A stretch of DNA of 64,000 nt from a virus (IMGVR_UViG_3300013005_000037:8546-72545); one strand, 5' to 3'; counted from the first letter of the stretch, positions 28,099 through 37,289 are shown. Program-made: numbers and translations. Notes: a model not told the origin generated them from the letters alone.

Positions 28099-28250
28099 AT
28101 AAAACTTTTTAAGTAGGCGTTTATTCAGTTTATTTTTTAAAAAAGTTGTTTTAATAATATTTATTTGTTATACTTTTGAAAAATGATATTGTATCTGCAT
28201 ATAAATATCATTTAAAATTGTTTTCATAATTTCTAATTATTCATTCTGTA

Positions 28251-28385
28251 ATGAAAAACGAGTTAATAACATTATTAAAAGCTATCGGAGTTGTAGTTGT
28301 AGGCGTTCTACTTGCAAACACACTAGAAAGAAAACTTTTATCAAGCAAAGTAGATGCGCCAATGGTAGCACCGACAAAAGAGTAA
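28251..28385 (+). CDS. 44-aa TM peptide absent from the ORF track, co-transcribed with the capsid candidate
   Basis: MKNELITLLKAIGVVVVGVLLANTLERKLLSSKVDAPMVAPTKE*. Confidence 0.65.
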   Translation: MKNELITLLKAIGVVVVGVLLANTLERKLLSSKVDAPMVAPTKE

Positions 28386-28419
28386 AAAAATCAAATTAAA
28401 AATTCTAAAAATAGAAAAA

Positions 28420-29115
28420 ATGTCAAATGTTCGTAAATATTTAGCCAATGCACAAAGAAATGCAATGGAATCTTTCTCAAACGCTGATGGTTTTATCGAT
28501 AACGATTTATCGTTCACTGGAGAGGACTTTTTCAACGCTGGAGGAATGGGGGGCGGAAACGTTCAAACTTCACAACCATACATATTAGATATTACATCTA
28601 CTAGTGGTTCAGCAGTTACAAATTTTGAAGTATTAGGTTCTTACCAATACATCAACAACGCTGGTTTCCAAGCAAATGGAGATTTAGTAATTGGTTCAAT
28701 CACAATTAGCTCTGGTATTTCAGATGTTAACTATCGTGAAATGTTATACCAATTTATGAATAATCCTTATTCAGTTGGTTTAACTTACATTCAGTCTGCA
28801 ACTGCAAACCAAGTGTTAGAAACTCTTTCTGTTAACACAAGAGATTCAAATGGTAATTTAGCGCAAAAAACACTTGTGCCTACAATTGACCCATACCAAC
28901 AACAAACTAACATTATCGCTATGAAGTATGCGTATAGAATTGATGGTTTCACTAAAATTATCATTCGTCAAGTATTGGCAAATGCTACTGTGAAATTATA
29001 CTTCTACCCAGCAGACAACATAAACCTTGCAAGAGCTTTAGGTGGTAATTCAGTAAGCAGACAATTCGGTACACCTCCAGTTACTAATGGTCAAACTATT
29101 AGAATTAAAGGATAA
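28420..29115 (+). CDS. candidate major capsid protein (single jelly-roll-like)
   Basis: Beta-rich core of about 150 aa; visibly rich in TTC/AAC/ATC/TAC codons; own AT-rich upstream region and strong terminator; near the A32 ATPase; paralogue at 51164. Confidence 0.55.
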   Translation: MSNVRKYLANAQRNAMESFSNADGFIDNDLSFTGEDFFNAGGMGGGNVQTSQPYILDITSTSGSAVTNFEVLGSYQYINNAGFQANGDLVIGSITISSGISDVNYREMLYQFMNNPYSVGLTYIQSATANQVLETLSVNTRDSNGNLAQKTLVPTIDPYQQQTNIIAMKYAYRIDGFTKIIIRQVLANATVKLYFYPADNINLARALGGNSVSRQFGTPPVTNGQTIRIKG

Positions 29116-29152
29116 TATCTTTATGAGATAAAATCGAATTATTGTATAATTG

Positions 29153-29196
29153 AAAAAAGGGCAAGTATGATTCAATTCTACTTGCCTTTTTTTTTT
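29153..29196 (+). terminator. intrinsic terminator after the capsid candidate
   Basis: Stem GGCAAGTA/TACTTGCC followed by a long T-run. Confidence 0.85.
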
Positions 29197-29208
29197 AAAT
29201 AACAAAAT

Positions 29209-29595
29209 ATGTCAGTATATCAATATGTTGCGGATAACGACCCAAAAGGTGCGGAGCTTATAATCAATTCATTTGGTTATGAAGTTACTAATAGAAGGGA
29301 TTTAGGTCAAAGTTTAAGTGAATTAGTTTCAGAGGTTGGAGAACCAGCTTTGAGAAAAGTTATGGAATATCATCCAGACAGAGAAATTATTTTAGAGTTA
29401 AACGGAGATGATAAAAAGTCTGAATGTGGTTGTGGTAATTGTAAACAAACAAGAACGCAAGAACGTTATATGAACGCTAGTGGTGCTGAAACACCAAAAG
29501 AAGCGAAGCCAGATACTTTGGCACATCAAACTAATGTAATATTAGTTGTAGCTACATTATTTATTGTAACCGCTTTAATCTATAAAAATAAATAA
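29209..29595 (+). CDS. C-anchored membrane protein with CxCxxC and YMNASG motifs
   Basis: N-domain resembles those of 29597 and 49919; C-terminal TM. Confidence 0.75.
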   Translation: MSVYQYVADNDPKGAELIINSFGYEVTNRRDLGQSLSELVSEVGEPALRKVMEYHPDREIILELNGDDKKSECGCGNCKQTRTQERYMNASGAETPKEAKPDTLAHQTNVILVVATLFIVTALIYKNK

Positions 29596-29596
29596 A

Positions 29597-30193
29597 ATGA
29601 CTTCAAACTCAAATTTAGGAGCATACGGAATTATGTATGTAATTAAAACTAAAAAAAACGAAGTAATATCTTTATTGCTTAAAAATGGCGTTACTGTTCC
29701 TAGTAATGCAAATGATATGCAAATAGGTATAATAGTAACAAAATTACTAAAATCTTCAAAATCATTCTATAAAGAATTTTCAAAATTATTATTAAGTCAA
29801 GATGTAGTTGTTGGTATGTCATCTAATATGAGTGGTTCTTATGCAAATGCAAATGGAATGTTTGACTTTAGTAAATATCAAATTGACCCTTCTCCATTTT
29901 CTGATTCTACTACAACACCTAGCACAACTAGTAAGCCTACAACAACAAGTTCAAATACTAATTGGCTTAATCAAGGTTTAAATATTTTACAAACTGGTTT
30001 TCAAGGGTATTTGCAGTTAGACGACAATAAAACCAAAAGAGCGTTGGCTGATGCGAGTGTAATAATTTCTGAAAATCCAACTATTGCACCTCCTCCTCCA
30101 ACTGGTTTGAGTACTGGTGCTATTATCGGATTAAGTCTTTTAGGAATTGCGGTTGTTGGAGCGATAGCTTATGTAATAATTAAAAAACAATAA
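29597..30193 (+). CDS. C-anchored membrane protein (YANANG motif, amphipathic helix)
   Basis: NWLNQGLNILQTGFQGYL; TM AIIGLSLLGIAVVGAIAYVII. Confidence 0.75.
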   Translation: MTSNSNLGAYGIMYVIKTKKNEVISLLLKNGVTVPSNANDMQIGIIVTKLLKSSKSFYKEFSKLLLSQDVVVGMSSNMSGSYANANGMFDFSKYQIDPSPFSDSTTTPSTTSKPTTTSSNTNWLNQGLNILQTGFQGYLQLDDNKTKRALADASVIISENPTIAPPPPTGLSTGAIIGLSLLGIAVVGAIAYVIIKKQ

Positions 30194-30194
30194 G

Positions 30195-30518
30195 ATGGAA
30201 TCATATAATAATTTAACTGGTTCAGAATATACTCAAATTGGAACTTCTTTATTTGGCGGTGTATCTGGATGGCTTAACAGTAAAGAACAAGCAAAAGCAT
30301 CAAAAGCACAAGCAGACGCATTAATTGCACAAGGATTATCGCAAGTAGAAGTTGCTAAAATTATGCAAGAAACTGAAAGGTTGAAGCTAGAAGCATTAAA
30401 ATCTGGTGCTGGAGCTGGTACTAAAGCTGGAAGTACAGTATTGTATGTAGCGGTAGGCGTTGGCGCAGTAGTCATTTTAGGGGTTGTAATTTTTGCAGTA
30501 ACTAGAAAAAAAGCATAA
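30195..30518 (+). CDS. C-anchored membrane protein (YNNLTG motif)
   Basis: Gly-rich amphipathic N-terminus, coil, TM. Confidence 0.75.
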   Translation: MESYNNLTGSEYTQIGTSLFGGVSGWLNSKEQAKASKAQADALIAQGLSQVEVAKIMQETERLKLEALKSGAGAGTKAGSTVLYVAVGVGAVVILGVVIFAVTRKKA

Positions 30519-30522
30519 TCCA

Positions 30523-30750
30523 ATGGAAGAAGAAAAAACAAATTATTTACAAGAGGTAAAAGACATAGTTAGCAAAGACAAACGAGATGTTCTTATGCTT
30601 ACTACAAAAGCATCTGTAAATGGTGCGGTAACTGGTCTTGTATTAGGTTTAATGGTTGGATACTACAAAGGCAAAAATGTTTATGTAAGTGGTCTAATTG
30701 GCGCAGTAATAGGCGGAGTTGCAACCGCAATGATTGTTAATAAAAAGTAA
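30523..30750 (+). CDS. two-TM glycine-zipper membrane protein
   Basis: GAVTGLVLGLMVG; GLIGAVIGGVATA. Confidence 0.7.
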   Translation: MEEEKTNYLQEVKDIVSKDKRDVLMLTTKASVNGAVTGLVLGLMVGYYKGKNVYVSGLIGAVIGGVATAMIVNKK

Positions 30751-30767
30751 TTTTAAAAAATAGAAAA

Positions 30768-30878
30768 ATGAAAACACCAAATTTAGTAGGGGCAGTTTTA
30801 GGACTTGCATTGTCATTCGCAGTAGTTTACGGTTATTCGTGGGTTATTGGAAAAGGATGGAAAAAATCACAAGAGTAA
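30768..30878 (+). CDS. 36-aa TM peptide absent from the ORF track
   Basis: MKTPNLVGAVLGLALSFAVVYGYSWVIGKGWKKSQE*. Confidence 0.7.
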   Translation: MKTPNLVGAVLGLALSFAVVYGYSWVIGKGWKKSQE

Positions 30879-30912
30879 AAAATAATTAGTAAATTTATAA
30901 AAAAATTAAAAG

Positions 30913-31068
30913 ATGGAATTAGCAGAAAAAGCAACAGAAGTAAAAAAAGATTTAAAATCAACGTTAACTACTCAATATTTAGTAGGCGTAGGAGTTGGAT
31001 TAGCAGTATTGTTCGCAACCGTTTGGGTTGTAGGTAAAGCTTGGAAAAAAAGTCAAAAAATGGCTTAA
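30913..31068 (+). CDS. 51-aa TM peptide absent from the ORF track, paralogue of 30768
   Basis: ...LVGVGVGLAVLFATVWVVGKAWKKSQKMA*. Confidence 0.7.
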   Translation: MELAEKATEVKKDLKSTLTTQYLVGVGVGLAVLFATVWVVGKAWKKSQKMA

Positions 31069-31100
31069 TTAAATTATTCAGATAACTTTATTAAAAGAAT

Positions 31101-31241
31101 ATGAGCAAAAAAGAAATTATTGGAGTTATCTTAATAGCTGGTGGAGTAACCGCACTGTCTTATTTGTACAGTGCGTATTACAAAGCTTACGCAGAAATTA
31201 GGAAAGAAAAAGCACAAGAAACCAAAACAACAACAAAATAA
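31101..31241 (+). CDS. 46-aa TM peptide absent from the ORF track
   Basis: MSKKEIIGVILIAGGVTALSYLYSAYYK... Confidence 0.65.
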   Translation: MSKKEIIGVILIAGGVTALSYLYSAYYKAYAEIRKEKAQETKTTTK

Positions 31242-31244
31242 AAT

Positions 31245-31607
31245 ATGGATAATTTTAAAAAAAGTGCAAATCAGCTTTGGAAGGAAAGTAATACTACTTT
31301 GACTTTTAAAACTTGGCTTGAAAGAGAAAAGGAAAAAGGTCAATTTATACCCAATAAAAAGTTTATTGGTGTAAATGGTGTAGATACTAGTGAATTAGAT
31401 AAGGTTCTTGAAGAAGCTAACGCAAAAGCAATTGATACTCTTGGTTTAGATTCAGATAAATTTGAAAAGAAAATAGGGATAAAAAATAACATAGGTATAT
31501 ATCGAAATGAAAATAAATTTATTGGTCTTAACAAATGGTTATTGATTGGTAGTTTAGTTTTAATTAGCGGTGCGGTAGTTTATAAAATTTATTACAAAAA
31601 AAAATAA
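31245..31607 (+). CDS. C-anchored membrane protein
   Basis: FIGVNG variant motif; TM WLLIGSLVLISGAVVYKIYY. Confidence 0.72.
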   Translation: MDNFKKSANQLWKESNTTLTFKTWLEREKEKGQFIPNKKFIGVNGVDTSELDKVLEEANAKAIDTLGLDSDKFEKKIGIKNNIGIYRNENKFIGLNKWLLIGSLVLISGAVVYKIYYKKK

Positions 31608-31608
31608 T

Positions 31609-32394
31609 ATGAATTTTAGAATACAGACTAGATACGATGAAATGTGTTTGTGCGTAAAAATATCGTGTTCAACCCCAACGGTTGTAAGGATTAAAATTTA
31701 CGATGAAGAAAAGCCTAAAATTGTATTTACCGATAGGTATAAAACAGTTTCAAGTGCAGAAACATTTTACATTAGATTACCTATAACATCAAAATCGGTT
31801 ATTCTTTCCGTATATGACGATAAAAAAGGTAATACACCAAAAGAGCAAGAGAAAAACATAAGCGTAGTGTCTATTGATAAAACGCCTTTAGAAAAAAGAA
31901 TGGATGTCGTAGATATTCAAAACAAAAGCGTAAAGCATTTTGTAGATTTTGCACAAAGATTTTGTTTTAATGCGCCATATTTGGAAACTGGAAAAACATA
32001 TCAGTCAGACAACGGAGAGTTTATGATTGAGTATTTGCCACAAATAATAAATCAAGATGGTAGAGTTTTGACGACACCAGCAAGGATTTCAAGAGTTACT
32101 GGCAGAATACAAGTTTCTAAAAAACAATTTGACGATTATACAGTTCCTATGCGTTTTGCTATTCTTTGCCACGAGTTTAGTCATTTTTACGTTAATGATA
32201 ATATGGATGATGAATCAGAAGCCGACATCAATGGTTTGTTGATTTATTTAGGATTAGGATACCCACGAATTGAAGGATACCAAGCGTTTCTGGAAGTATT
32301 TAAAGATGCTCCTAACCAAAACAATAAAAAGCGTTTTGATAGAATTGATAATTTTATTAAAAACTTTGAGAAAAATAAAATGGTAATAAGATAA
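31609..32394 (+). CDS. zincin-like metallopeptidase
   Basis: ILCHEFSH (HExxH) followed by ESEAD. Confidence 0.68.
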   Translation: MNFRIQTRYDEMCLCVKISCSTPTVVRIKIYDEEKPKIVFTDRYKTVSSAETFYIRLPITSKSVILSVYDDKKGNTPKEQEKNISVVSIDKTPLEKRMDVVDIQNKSVKHFVDFAQRFCFNAPYLETGKTYQSDNGEFMIEYLPQIINQDGRVLTTPARISRVTGRIQVSKKQFDDYTVPMRFAILCHEFSHFYVNDNMDDESEADINGLLIYLGLGYPRIEGYQAFLEVFKDAPNQNNKKRFDRIDNFIKNFEKNKMVIR

Positions 32395-32396
32395 TT

Positions 32397-33320
32397 ATGA
32401 AAAATATGAATCTCTTAATAGGTGCTGGAGTTGTAATTGCTTTTATATGGGCAATCAATAAATGGATAAAGAGTAATTTCATACCCAAACTATATTTTGG
32501 TTTTTTAGAATATGGACAATCTCTAAATAACTATATATCTGAAAATAAATTGGAGAAAATAGTTATGATAAATGATGCTCAATTTTTAGGAAAAGACCAT
32601 TATACTTATGACCCACAATTACTTATAAAAGAAATAGAGCGAGTATTACCAAACGCAAATGATAAAGGAATTTGTTTTATTGATTTAGAAGGAGAAAATC
32701 TGGAAAACATTATGAATCTGGATATACAAAGTGAATCCTTTAAAAAAAGCTTAACACTATTTTTAGATGTAATTAAATTTTGCAAAAAATTTAGACCGAA
32801 TGTTAAGTGGGGTTATTATGCTATTCCTTACACTACGTATTGGAATCGTAATGCTGAATTTTATAATAAAATTCAAAAAATAAAACCACTTCTTTACGAG
32901 TGTGATATATTTTTTCCATCATTATATACTTTCTATGAAGATAAAGAATTGGCTTTAGAAAACGAGAAATATGTAATTGAGAATACAATAGAGATGATTA
33001 AATTAGGTCAACTTTATAATAAACCAGTTCTGGTGTTTGTCTGGCATAGATACCATTCTAGTAACGAAAAACTTTCAGAAGAATCTTTACCAGAAAATGT
33101 TTTTTTAACCCAGATAGATAGAATAGTTAATACTACTTATAAGGGTAAAAAAGTAGATGGACTTATTTGGTGGGGAGCAGATGATTATGCTTTTAGACAA
33201 AAAACAAAAGGAGTTTTAAAAGAATTTGATGGCAATGACAAAGATTTTAAAATTTTTAATGATAAAGTTTTAGTGGATAAATCTATAAAAATAAAAACTC
33301 TTTTGGAGAGTAAAAAATAA
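32397..33320 (+). CDS. membrane-anchored GH56 (hyaluronidase)-like glycoside hydrolase
   Basis: N-terminal TM; GICFIDLE (DxE); RPNVKWGYYAIP; IFFPSLY; PVLVF; DGLIWWG in GH56 order. Confidence 0.6.
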   Translation: MKNMNLLIGAGVVIAFIWAINKWIKSNFIPKLYFGFLEYGQSLNNYISENKLEKIVMINDAQFLGKDHYTYDPQLLIKEIERVLPNANDKGICFIDLEGENLENIMNLDIQSESFKKSLTLFLDVIKFCKKFRPNVKWGYYAIPYTTYWNRNAEFYNKIQKIKPLLYECDIFFPSLYTFYEDKELALENEKYVIENTIEMIKLGQLYNKPVLVFVWHRYHSSNEKLSEESLPENVFLTQIDRIVNTTYKGKKVDGLIWWGADDYAFRQKTKGVLKEFDGNDKDFKIFNDKVLVDKSIKIKTLLESKK

Positions 33321-33327
33321 TTAACTT

Positions 33328-33663
33328 ATGAAAGACAAGACAAATAAATATTTACTTATAGGATTAGGAATAATTGTAGTTGTATGGGGAATTGACAAAT
33401 ACTTAAAAAGTAAGCCAAAACCAATTAATGCAGATGCTTATTCAGATTTAGATTTGAACACTATTTTATCTAAAGGTTCTAAAGGAGCAGAAGTTTCAGA
33501 ATTACAAAGAATACTTATTGACCAATATGAAGTTGATTTAGGATATTCTGGAGCAGAAAGAAATGGAATTGATGGAGATTTTGGTTCAATTACCGAAAAC
33601 GCTTTATTAAAAGCAAAAGGAGTGAAATCAATATCATTAAAACAAATTTTAACAAATAAATAA
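33328..33663 (+). CDS. N-anchored protein with a peptidoglycan-binding (PG_binding_1-like) domain
   Basis: LSKGSKGAEVSELQRIL..IDGDFGSITENAL. Confidence 0.8.
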   Translation: MKDKTNKYLLIGLGIIVVVWGIDKYLKSKPKPINADAYSDLDLNTILSKGSKGAEVSELQRILIDQYEVDLGYSGAERNGIDGDFGSITENALLKAKGVKSISLKQILTNK

Positions 33664-33664
33664 A

Positions 33665-33985
33665 ATGAACAATAAACGAAAAGCGTTAATAGTTTCAGCT
33701 ATATTAGTAGGATTAGGTGGTTTTTATATTTACAAAAATATGAAGATGAAATCGCCAGAAGTGGATAATATTGTGCCAGAAGGAACATTAGAAACAACAA
33801 AAGTTTTATCAAAAGGTTCAACTGGTTTAGAAGTAGAATCATTACAAAGAGCTTTAAAAGGCGGTCTTGTAGTTGATGGTAATTTCGGTGCTTTAACTGA
33901 AAAAAGATTAAAAGAAATTACTGGACAAACAAGTATTTCTTTGCGAGATTATAATTTACTAATGGCAAGTAGAAAAAATAAATAA
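33665..33985 (+). CDS. N-anchored protein with a peptidoglycan-binding domain (paralogue of 33328)
   Basis: LSKGSTGLEVESLQRAL..VDGNFGALTEKRL. Confidence 0.8.
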   Translation: MNNKRKALIVSAILVGLGGFYIYKNMKMKSPEVDNIVPEGTLETTKVLSKGSTGLEVESLQRALKGGLVVDGNFGALTEKRLKEITGQTSISLRDYNLLMASRKNK

Positions 33986-34031
33986 TCATTATAACATTTT
34001 AAGTCAATATTAACTGAAAAAAATTTAATTG

Positions 34032-34217
34032 ATGGAAAATAAAAATAAAATAGATGTTTATAAAATACGCATCGAAAAAGTAATGAACAGACGCTATATG
34101 AGATTTTTATTTACCGACCCTACTTTAGAGGAATGTAATGCTATTTTAAAAAAATTTAAAGCAGATGTACAAAAAACAATAAGGGAAAACCCTATTTATA
34201 ATGGATTAATAAATTAA
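34032..34217 (+). CDS. hypothetical protein
   Basis: Short ORF in the operon; ATG at 34032. Confidence 0.5.
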   Translation: MENKNKIDVYKIRIEKVMNRRYMRFLFTDPTLEECNAILKKFKADVQKTIRENPIYNGLIN

Positions 34218-34224
34218 AATAATT

Positions 34225-34464
34225 ATGAAAAAGCATACCACATATTATATTATTGGAGCAGTTTTAATTGGAACTGGAATTTATTTATATTCTTCAAAAA
34301 ATAAAAATAAATCAGTTGTTAATCTAACTCCACCAATGGTAGTTACAGAAGAAGAAGGTGGATTTGTTACTACAACTACAACTGAAACGACAATTTTTAC
34401 TGCGTTAGATAAATTAAAGGCTTTAATTGATTCAATAAAGGCAAAAAGAACATCAACAATATAA
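34225..34464 (+). CDS. N-anchored membrane protein
   Basis: TM YYIIGAVLIGTGIYLY. Confidence 0.7.
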   Translation: MKKHTTYYIIGAVLIGTGIYLYSSKNKNKSVVNLTPPMVVTEEEGGFVTTTTTETTIFTALDKLKALIDSIKAKRTSTI

Positions 34465-34474
34465 ATAAATAGTT

Positions 34475-34852
34475 ATGGGAAAGAGTGTATTATACATAGT
34501 TGGAGCAGTTGTACTACTTGGAGGTGGGGCATTTTTGTTTTTAAGAAATAAGAAATTTAAAGATGAATTGTTGTTAGCCGATTTAAGCCAAAAAAAGGCT
34601 TTAGAAGTTCAAAAAGTAGCACAAGAACAAGCAATACCCGAAGCTAAAAAAGAATTATTAAGTGCTGATGATTTGTTGGTAATTACTAAATTAGCGGAAG
34701 AAATAATTAGTTTAACTAAATTAAGAAATGGTTATAGAAAATCTAGTAGCAAGGCAAATGTTCAAGTTGTAATAGACGAAAAAATAGCATTGTTGAGAAA
34801 TTATGGTTTTGTTTTAGGAATGAATAACGAATTAGTAAGTTTAAAAAAATAA
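34475..34852 (+). CDS. N-anchored membrane protein
   Basis: TM VLYIVGAVVLLGGGAFLFL. Confidence 0.72.
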   Translation: MGKSVLYIVGAVVLLGGGAFLFLRNKKFKDELLLADLSQKKALEVQKVAQEQAIPEAKKELLSADDLLVITKLAEEIISLTKLRNGYRKSSSKANVQVVIDEKIALLRNYGFVLGMNNELVSLKK

Positions 34853-34853
34853 T

Positions 34854-35282
34854 ATGTCAGTAACAACTTGGAATACCGCACCAGATTATGACCAATGGGG
34901 TAGTGATACTTCTTGGAATTGTAACGATTGGATTTTATGGCATCAACAATTAGTCGCTAAATTTGGCAAAGCAAAAGCTAATTTTATGTGGGATTATGCT
35001 TTTGCTCAAAGTGGAAATTTAAGCAGTAATTTGAATTGTAGAACCCTTAATTCCAGCTTTAGAGATTACGTTAGAAAAAATGGATTGAATCCATACGCTA
35101 ACGCTGGTATTTTTGCTCCAGTATTACAAGGAGTGGGAACTATACAAGATGTTACTGGAGGAGTGCTTTCTGGTGTTTCGTCTGTTTTTACAAGCTCTAA
35201 TGTTAAAAGCATATTGAATATCGTTGCAGTTGGAGCAGTTCTTTTTGGTGGATTGTACGCATATAGAACTTTAAAAAAATAA
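34854..35282 (+). CDS. C-anchored Trp-rich membrane protein
   Basis: WGSDTSWNCNDWILWH; C-terminal TM. Confidence 0.72.
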   Translation: MSVTTWNTAPDYDQWGSDTSWNCNDWILWHQQLVAKFGKAKANFMWDYAFAQSGNLSSNLNCRTLNSSFRDYVRKNGLNPYANAGIFAPVLQGVGTIQDVTGGVLSGVSSVFTSSNVKSILNIVAVGAVLFGGLYAYRTLKK

Positions 35283-35284
35283 TT

Positions 35285-35446
35285 ATGAAAAATAAGAAAA
35301 CATTAATTATAGCTGGAACTTCAATTTTAGTATTAGGAGTTTTATACTTTGCGTATAAAAAAAATAAGTTTAATAAAGACAGTGATATTACAAATGATTT
35401 TGACTTTCAAAATTTATTAAAAAAAGTAGATGAAGCTAAAAAATAA
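35285..35446 (+). CDS. 53-aa N-anchored membrane peptide absent from the ORF track
   Basis: MKNKKTLIIAGTSILVLGVLYFAYKK... Confidence 0.68.
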   Translation: MKNKKTLIIAGTSILVLGVLYFAYKKNKFNKDSDITNDFDFQNLLKKVDEAKK

Positions 35447-35451
35447 ATAAT

Positions 35452-35994
35452 ATGAACAACGATAAAAAATTGTATTTATACTCTGCATTAGCAATTACCA
35501 TTTCGGTAGTTGCTTATGTTTTTATTACCAAAAAGGGAAAAGCAAGTGCTAAAGTAGGAGAAGTTGTTTTGCCAGATGTAGAAACTAAAACTGGAGATGT
35601 AATAAGTAACGAGCAACTAGTGATTGAAAAATCGCTTCAAGACATATTAAAATTACCGTTATCGCAAGTTAAATCGCAAATGTTAGGACTTAATATATAT
35701 ACAAAAGTAGAAAATGTTAACCCAAGACAATCCCCTTATGTAAATAATGGATGGTTTGTAAATAATAGTGTTGGAGGTAAAATTACTCAAAAAGGCACTT
35801 TAATCGGCAAGGTAACAGATGTAGTAAATGATATTGGTTTGTTGCGTAATAACAATGGTGCTATATACAAATGGTTTAAAGTACAACCATCGCCAGATGC
35901 AGTTAAGCAAATAAAAGAGGATTCAAACATTTTATTAGGTGTAACAAAAACAGATTCTTTTTATGTTAGAGAAGATGTTATAAAATTAAAATAA
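35452..35994 (+). CDS. N-anchored membrane protein with a possible SH3-like C-domain
   Basis: N-terminal TM; short beta-rich C-domain (WFKV..FYVREDVI). Confidence 0.65.
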   Translation: MNNDKKLYLYSALAITISVVAYVFITKKGKASAKVGEVVLPDVETKTGDVISNEQLVIEKSLQDILKLPLSQVKSQMLGLNIYTKVENVNPRQSPYVNNGWFVNNSVGGKITQKGTLIGKVTDVVNDIGLLRNNNGAIYKWFKVQPSPDAVKQIKEDSNILLGVTKTDSFYVREDVIKLK

Positions 35995-35995
35995 A

Positions 35996-36406
35996 ATGGA
36001 AACAAAAAATAAAATAGGTGCTTTGCTTGTGTTGGGTGGAATTGCTTTACTTGGGGTTTATTACTTTAAAAAAAATAAGCCAAATGTTGCTGAAAGTCAA
36101 GCAAAAGGATTACAAGCATTATCGAATTATTATTCAACTGGAGTTGGAGCGAATGAAGAAACTTACATCAAAGGAAGTGGATATGTAGCACCAAAAGTGG
36201 AAGGTATTAGTTTTGCTAATCTTGATTATAAGAACTTAACGACTAAACAAGAGGAGGATATAAAAAAAGCAGTAGGAACGATAAGTGACCCTACGCAAAA
36301 TATTTTAGACCAAATTGGCAAAAATTTAGAAAATAAAGATTTTGGAAATTTATTTCCAGTAGTAGATTGGAGTACAATTAAACTTGATAACATAAAATTA
36401 CCGTAA
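35996..36406 (+). CDS. N-anchored membrane protein
   Basis: TM IGALLVLGGIALLGVYYF. Confidence 0.7.
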   Translation: METKNKIGALLVLGGIALLGVYYFKKNKPNVAESQAKGLQALSNYYSTGVGANEETYIKGSGYVAPKVEGISFANLDYKNLTTKQEEDIKKAVGTISDPTQNILDQIGKNLENKDFGNLFPVVDWSTIKLDNIKLP

Positions 36407-36407
36407 T

Positions 36408-36839
36408 ATGTTCGATTTAGATTTTCAAACTCAAAGAAACGCAGTTATTGATAGAGTTCAAAATGAATATGCGTGGAACGGTGGCTCTTGTGTTCAGTTA
36501 GATAAACTGATAAAAGATGTTAGGGATAAGGCAGTTTCGGAAAGGATAAAACCTACACCATATAATTATGGTGTATCAAAAGGTCTTGTTATGTATCCAA
36601 GTTATTATATTCAAGCGTTAGTTGACCACAGAGCAGTTTTAGAAGTAATGTTTGCTTCAAATGATTGTTCAGATAAAATAGAAAAGTTAAGGCAAAACGA
36701 AAGTGCGGTATTAATTACCCAACAAGCTATTGAGCAAGAAAAAGCAGTTTTAAAACCAGCCAATACAGACCAAAGAATTTATATCGGAGCTGGAGCGTTA
36801 ATTTTATTAGTTGGATTAGTAATATTGGTAAAAAAATAA
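36408..36839 (+). CDS. C-anchored membrane protein (paralogue of 36842)
   Basis: FASNDCSDKIEKLRQ; QRIYIGAGALILLVG. Confidence 0.7.
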   Translation: MFDLDFQTQRNAVIDRVQNEYAWNGGSCVQLDKLIKDVRDKAVSERIKPTPYNYGVSKGLVMYPSYYIQALVDHRAVLEVMFASNDCSDKIEKLRQNESAVLITQQAIEQEKAVLKPANTDQRIYIGAGALILLVGLVILVKK

Positions 36840-36841
36840 TT

Positions 36842-37288
36842 ATGACAACTAAAAAAGAATGTTCAGATTATTGGGCAAATTGGGTAGGTGGTAAAAGTAA
36901 ATTAGGAATAGATGAAGCAAAAGCCGACTATGCTAAAAAATGCGGAATGTATGATGAAAAAGAATTAAATTGTATAAGAATAAATAGTCAATTGCAATCT
37001 GCAATACAATTAGAAGGAACAAAATCTTTATCTCCGTATGAAAGTGTAAACTTTTCGCCACCAATAACAAATATTTATAGAAAACAATTTGCGGACAATA
37101 ATTGCACTCAATTAATAGAGCAGTACAGACAAGCTGAATTGGGTAGTGTAGTTGATAAATTTACTAATTTAGATAAAGTTAGAATAGAATCTGAAAGTAT
37201 ATACGAGAGAAATCAAAGAATATTTTTTGGTGGACTAGTTTTAGTAGCTGGAATTGTAATATTAACAATGTTTAGTAAAAAGAAATAA
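36842..37288 (+). CDS. C-anchored membrane protein (paralogue of 36408)
   Basis: FADNNCTQLIEQYRQ; QRIFFGGLVLVAG. Confidence 0.7.
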   Translation: MTTKKECSDYWANWVGGKSKLGIDEAKADYAKKCGMYDEKELNCIRINSQLQSAIQLEGTKSLSPYESVNFSPPITNIYRKQFADNNCTQLIEQYRQAELGSVVDKFTNLDKVRIESESIYERNQRIFFGGLVLVAGIVILTMFSKKK

Positions 37289-37289
37289 T

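Noticed and set aside
28420-29115. Double-jelly-roll or HK97 major capsid protein
   Set aside because: 231 aa including a leader is short for a DJR, and no HK97 features are visible; kept only as a single-jelly-roll candidate
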